Source: Octopus sinensis (lineage: Eukaryota). From it: a stretch of DNA of 64,000 bases. Under the pieces are notes generated by a model that was given only the letters and a program-made list of their open reading frames with translations, did not search any database and was not told the DNA's origin. Location: positions 17,794,001 through 17,858,000 of the forward strand of contig NC_043014.1 in the NCBI RefSeq assembly GCF_006345805.1, read 5' to 3'. Shown piece by piece: positions 56,902 through 64,000 of this stretch. The first letter of the stretch is position 1. Every line of letters begins with the position of its first letter. The translations under genes and the position numbers were made by a program.

Positions 56902-58459
56902 TATTGTTCATACGTGGACAGTTCAGTCTTGAGTTTTTAGCTAATCGATTTTGGCCACAAATGTCAATGCAACGGGAAACAAACTAAAACTGAAAAACCC
57001 AATTTAAAAGTTTTGAAGGACAACCTGTGAATTTATAGCCTCAATACGCAAGGGCCTTGAGGAGAAAGCACAGAGACAGTGAACAACTTCAAAGTTTTTT
57101 TTATGAACGATGCTTTGGTCTCGGTTTCAACTCTATTGGTTTCAAGTTTCTATGATACTTGGTTTTGGTATTTATTTCGGAAATATTGTGTCATTTCTAT
57201 AGACATCCATCCATCCATCCATCCATGCATACATATATACACACATATAATTATATACACACACACGCACATATATGTATATATATGCTCACACACATAT
57301 ATGTACACACACACATATATATATATGTATATATATATATACATACATACATATACATACATACATTCATACATGAATACATACACAAACATCCACACAC
57401 ATACATACATACATACATACATACATACACAAACATACATACATACATACATAATACATACATACATACATACATACATGCATATATACACCAACCAGTA
57501 AAAGCAATTAGATATAATTGCATAACTAGGAATTTTGATAGCAGTAAGTTATTTTACTTCTCCGCTAAATTAAAATCACCCCACTCAAAAGGTGAATTGT
57601 TGGCACTCAAAATGATAAGCTCTAATTTCAATTGCTTTACATTGAAGATGTTCCAGCAGTTGCTATCATAATACTATAATTATTTTTAAAAAACTCAAAT
57701 TGTATACACCCCTCACGCAATAGGTCGGCTTACAGACGTAATAACACATTTCACTTGCGTATTTTCTCGTTATTTTGACGTAGTTTTTGACGGTGCATTT
57801 ATATATGGCTCTCGTTAAGTTTTTATTGTTTACTGCAGATCAATATGTCTATGTTTATCATATATTCCCAGGATAGTTGTAAAATGTATCTATGCTTTAT
57901 GTAAGTGTATATATATATGTGCGTGGAGGCACATGGCCTCGTGGTTGGAGCAGCGGACTCGCGGCCGAGGGATCGCGGGTTCGAATCTCAGACCGAGTGA
58001 TGTATGTGTTTATGAGCAAAGCACCTAAGCTCCACGCGGCTCCGGCAGAAGGTAAAAACAAAGAATTTTTCTGAAACCGTTATTTCGATTTTCACGTCAC
58101 CGGTCTTAGGACAGATATAATTCTCTTTGAACGATTTAAGGACAATGATCAAAGTGAGAAAACATCTTCAATTTGTTGTCGAGTGGTTTATAAACTATCT
58201 TATACAATTCAAATCAAGGAATCTGTTGTGAGAATAGTTTGACCGTTGGTATGAGTAACATAAATAAAAAAGTAATTGTTAGAAGTTCAACGCCAGCATT
58301 CTGCCGGAGTCACACAAAATGTTACAGAAACATTTTACATGACTTCAGAAGTCTGTTACTGATATTTGCGCAAAACGTAAAAAAAGGGAGAACACAGCAC
58401 GTTATTTTATTGCGCACTTGCTGAGTGTCCCGTCGTTGCCGAGCAATTTTCACAATAGA

Positions 58460-58686
58460 ATGCTGGTAGAAACGTTAGCACGCCGGGCGAAATACTTAGC
58501 AGTATTTCGTCTGCCGTTACGTTCTGAGTTCAAATTCCGCCGAGGTCGACTTTGCCTTTCATCCTTTCGGGTCGATAAATTAAGTACCAGTTACACACTG
58601 GGGTCGATATAATCGACTTAATCCGTTTGTATGTCCTTGTTTGTACTCTCTGTGTTTAGCCCCTTGTGGGTAGTAAAGAAATAGGC
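58460..58686 (+). mobile_element. SINE group C
   Basis: Reverse complement of 1869-2102. Confidence 0.85.
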
Positions 58687-58833
58687 ATGTAAATAATTTA
58701 CATAGAGACAGATTCTCTTGATATTGCATTACATGTCATATCAAGATAGAGAGATGGGAGCAACGTGAGAAATATACATACATATCATACATACGCAAAT
58801 ATGTGCAAATATATATTACATGACAGAGCGAGC

Positions 58834-58905
<72 letters not shown>

Positions 58906-59507
58906 GGGATCTAAAAGTGAATTATTTCTCGTAGCAAGTTATATTTTTTGATTAATTATGACGAAAACCTCATTGAGACGCAGATTTCGAAAATCGAATC
59001 CGTTTTTCCTGGGAAACGCACCGTTTCAGAGCCATCCCGTGATATAAACACATATATATACACACACATTCTCATTTATATAGAAGATATTATTTCTGGC
59101 TGGAGTTGGTTGCTGTAAGAACCCTTATAGGGCATGGTGCTACAAATAAACATATTTGGTCATGCGCATACTTGAACGAACAATTAGCGTTTTTCAGAAT
59201 CACTTAGTGTTTCGGTACTTGCATCTCATACTATCGATCCTGTTACCCGACCGCATTCACCAAGCCTTTGTTTTTGAACCAGCTTCAATCTATTAATGCA
59301 TCTCTGAGCCCTGTTGATGGAGTCTCTGCTGCATGTTGTTGATGTCCTTTTGTTTACTCCTGTAATAGACTTGGATTCTAAAGGCGTTACTCAGGGAACG
59401 CTTCTGCAAATCTTCGGTTAACAACTTCTACTGACATTCACGCAATTTCATGCTTTATTGAGAACTCAAAACACGCATACACACACGCGCGCACGCACAC
59501 ACACACA

Positions 59508-59562
<55 letters not shown>

Positions 59563-61065
59563 TACACACTTTAATTACATCGAGCCGTATAAAAAATACA
59601 CATTTCATGTGTCAAAATTTTTGTTGTACATCCGTGACCATATCACTGACAAATATTTACATTACGCGCGAGCGAGCTCACACGTGAAGAATCGAAAAAA
59701 GTAGCACTCAATACATTTAGTTGGAATCGTAAGTAATGGCTTCTGATTTAGGCGTTGGGTCAGCAATTTTGATGCGCGAGGATTAGTCGATCCCATCGAC
59801 TAACTTTCATTTCTCAAAACTGACTGCTACTTATTTTATCGAATCTCAAAAGGATGAAAAGCAAAGCTAATTTCGGCGAGATTGGAACTCCGAATGCTAA
59901 CAGCTGGAACATATGCTATAAGGCATTTGGTCCGACACTCTAACAATTCTTCCACCTCACCACCTCGGAATTGTAAAAGCAACACCATCTTTATCGTGCT
60001 TTTGATTTGATTTACCTTGCAGGAGCAGGCATTAGTGCAGTTGAATTGTGTATATCTCATTGCCTTTGGTGTTTGTGGAATGGTCTTCATATGGATTGCT
60101 TCTTTGTTGGCGGTTCATGTTATTTCTTTACTTACTCCTGCGTTTCGTCTGTTTCTTGTGTAGAACATGTGTTGTGTGGGATGCGTTATTTCATTGATTG
60201 GTGATTATGTTGCGTACACTTTGTATGCGATGCATAACTAGTGTGATTCCCATGTATCAAGTGGCGGTGTTTTATATATATATATATAATAGAAATATGT
60301 TACAAAAAGAAAATAGAAACTACACGTGGAAATGTAAAGGGGAAAATAAGAAAAAAAGTAAGAAAATGCACATTGGAAATAAAAAAAAAAGTAAAGGCTT
60401 TTTATGAAAGTAACGATAGATATATACAATTAGATGAACTGAGGTAGAAATAAAAGTAATAAAAGTAATTATTGTGAATTGTTAAAGAGACTCAAAGGCA
60501 TACCGGTAAATATGTATTCATGCTGTGTATATTGTTTGCGTGATGCGTAAGTTGGGTCTCTGAGTCTGTATCACGGTGTAGAATAGGTGTTTCTTGAGTT
60601 CTTAAACGTGATAATATTGACATCGCTATGTGGGCTGTGTTATGGTGTTGGTTGCCTGTTATGTAGAATAGGTGTTGGAATTATACTGCGCGAGTTGTGT
60701 TACTGAATTGAAAATGCCAGGCAGGATGTGAACAGAGGAGTAATCTCTAGTATGATTCATTTTGTTTACGTTCGAGTTTTTCTTTATCATATTTTGTGTC
60801 TTGATTATTATAATCATTGATACTGTATTTACTTTCACCTTGCTTATTTCCTCCCGAAGATTCTTTTACTTGGATATTTTCCCGATGACTTTTCACGGTA
60901 TATTTGTAACTCGGGATCAAGATATTTATCAAGGTATTTTTTACAAAAATATATAGAGAATTTATACTAAGCTATATAGAGAATTTAGCCCAATATATAT
61001 ATATATAATATATATATATATATATAATATATATATATATATAATATAATATATATATATATATA

Positions 61066-61100
<35 letters not shown>

Positions 61101-61109
61101 ATATATATA

Positions 61110-61176
<67 letters not shown>

Positions 61177-61249
61177 TATACATACACACACACACATATA
61201 TATATATGAGAGATAGATGGTGAGGTTTGTTCTTTCTGTTGGTTCAGCG

Positions 61250-61520
61250 AGGTATGCCTCAGTTATCGCCGCATTATTGTCATGTAACGGGATTGGGGCA
61301 TCCTTATATCACTTCTCAGATTTCATGTCGAAGTGTCGGCATATTGACCAAATGGATATAGTCAAATACTACTGATACAGTGTTTGTCTTCTACGCACAT
61401 CAATTATAAATGTCTCTGCTTTTACCGCAATTTATCATGGCATGCTTCCCATCTACTTCATCCTATTCTTGGTGTTAATTGTTGTTTTATGTCTAAACTG
61501 AAACAAGAATCCTATAAATG
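61250..61520 (-). mobile_element. Possible second R4/Dong-like relic
   Basis: Hand translation IWSICRHFDMKSEK*YKDAP resembles the HW.IC...KWY..P segment. Confidence 0.4.
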
Positions 61521-61629
61521 GCTATAAATAATACCACAAAATCCACTTTACTACAGGATATCGGATGAAACCTAGTCTACAGCTATCCGCCTCATTATTA
61601 CGGCTATACATACAACGGCAGCCAGCCAG

Positions 61630-61662
<33 letters not shown>

Positions 61663-62682
61663 TGTATGTATGTATGTATGTATGTATGTATGTATGTTTA
61701 CGTATGCATCTATGTGTATCTCAATATATATATATATGCGTGTGTGTCAGTGTGTATATCTGTATATATGTATTTCAATATATATATAATATATATAATA
61801 TATATATATATATAATATATATAATATATATATCAACGCGAAATTCTGTCTGTCCGGAACACCTGTGTCTTGGTCTATAGTTGCTCTACAGAGACATATT
61901 ATACATTTTTGGAATCAGAATGATCCCAGGATTGAAAATCTGCCATTATGTGTGGTTCTTGAACGTCCAGCATTGAGATCTGATTTAAAAGCATTTGGGT
62001 TGCTATTTCTAGCAGGTAAAGCTTGGCTGATTCACACCATCCTGGTTGGCGTTTGTCAGATGACGTCAAAGATCAAGGGGGAAATAAACGACATTTGCTT
62101 CGTTAATTTTACTTCGAGATAAGAACTTTGGGAAAATTAGCCAGTAGGAATTCAACTTTGGGCTGGAAGAATAGAATGATTACATTACAAAATAAATTCT
62201 CAGCCGTCCTTAACCTCTGACCAAACACCGCCGGCGCATATAATCATTATACACGAATTATAGTCATGCTGTTTAGCTCTCTGTAGTTTTGAACCGCTGG
62301 CGCAAATAACCCTCCGCAGGAACTAGCTAGAATGTCTGCACGGAGTGCGGCTTTTAAGCTAGTTTTTATTAAAGTTGCAAAAACATATTAAAAAACTGCT
62401 GCTCAAAGTTTCGCATTCCCGTTTGTCGGGCAGTTTTGATCAAGAATGGGATATTTTTACAATTTTAATAAAAAAAAGCATATTATCCTTCCTTTGAGTG
62501 CTGTTTTTTCCAACTTGTTTTGCATTTATGTACTTACTCTTGTATATATACACATATATATTTATATATGTATGTATATGTATACATGTACACACGCACA
62601 CACATACACATATATAAACTTACTTGGAAACAGATACGTGGCGTTCAGTCATATAATAATAAAAATAATATATATATATATT

Positions 62683-62776
<94 letters not shown>

Positions 62777-63094
62777 AATATATATATATAATATATATAT
62801 ATTCATGTATACAGACATATATGTGCATACTTACATATATATGGGTACAGGACGTCATAGAACATAAGCAACATGAAATACGAAATACGAAAACATGGAA
62901 TACGAACTTCTTTTTGCGAACAACGAAAGAAACAAATGGAAAGTAAGACAAGCAACATAAAGAACGACCCTTCACCAGTTGTCGGCTGTTTTATCTACTC
63001 TACATTTCGAGTATTTACGACAAGATATGCTTTTATCAAAACAGTTACTCCCGTAAAGCAAATTAAATAAAATTTGGGATTTGCGGAGGTGGCA

Positions 63095-63905
63095 TGTTCT
63101 CTGCAAATTGGTCTTGGTTCTGCATACGAAATCATCCGCGACAAGCTTCGCTTCCGTAAAGTCGGTGAGAAATGGGTGTTGAGATAGTTGACCGAAGTAC
63201 TTTAGCACAAACGTGAGGAGTTCTGTCTAAGCTTATTCGATCGCTACAACAATCAAGGCGAAACTTTTTTACAGAAAAAAAGCCACATGGGTGCATCATT
63301 TTGAGCCAGAATCCAAAAGGTTGAGTAATGAGTGGAAACACCCAGAATCACAAACGAAAAAGATATTCTACCTACCGCAGACAAAAAAAGAGATGCTAAC
63401 TGAATTTTGGGACTCAATATGGTCCATATTGGAACATTACCGGAAAAATGGGTCCACATTCACCATCAGGCTATAGTGAAATGCTTGCCAACGAACTGAA
63501 ACCAGTAGTCGTATAAACGCCGAGGTATATCGTCAATGCTAATGTTGTCGGAGGACAGTGCACGCCCACACAGTTAAAAACCTTTGAAAAATTGGGTTTT
63601 GAGGGGCTGGAGCACACAGCCACTCTGCCTACAGTTCACATCACGCACTTACCGACTATTACCTAACTGGAGTGCGCGAACGTTTTCTACGGGGTCATCG
63701 ATTTGCAGGAAGCAATGTATAATTAACTGTACGACCAGTCGCAAATATTAATCTCTGACGGAATAAGTAAGCTTGTGAACCGCGTGAAGAAGTGCATCAA
63801 AAAGTAAAGAGACTATGTCAAAAAAATGATGTAAACGTTCAACCCCTGATTTTGTTTAATACATTACAGAAACAAGAGTGCGTATGATTTTTTAAATTAC
63901 TTTCA
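63095..63905 (+). mobile_element. Degenerate mariner
   Basis: IIRDKLRFRKVGEKWV, WVHHFEPESKRLSNEWKHPES. Confidence 0.8.
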
Positions 63906-63912
63906 CACATAC

Positions 63913-63953
<41 letters not shown>

Positions 63954-64000
63954 AGCAAATATGTTTATAGATGTATATATAAATATATATATATACACGC

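Overview
AT-rich animal genomic DNA saturated with microsatellites and transposon debris. The SINE and repeat content looks like Octopus (inference, not a database match). I found no host protein-coding gene I can support; almost all tracked ORFs are microsatellite translations. Recognisable coding relics: a Ty3/gypsy integrase fragment with LTR pieces; several mariner fragments; an RTE 3' end; two R4/Dong-like RLE fragments; a KIAA1586/ZNF862-like hAT relic; three GLYRDD-type Penelope-like (PLE) relics; and a well-preserved GC-rich Penelope RT beside a 100-N gap. At least four tRNA-headed SINE groups are present. The most interesting signal is non-coding: six hammerhead-ribozyme-like motifs plus one half-deleted copy, from at least four unrelated sequence families. 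All have a minimal type I layout with a palindromic stem III, and several sit in 120-190 bp units embedded in (TA)n tracts; the copy at 11936-11978 is fully canonical. Several pre-miRNA-sized hairpins also occur in otherwise unique DNA. All pairings were read by eye, nothing was computed, and TE boundaries are approximate.
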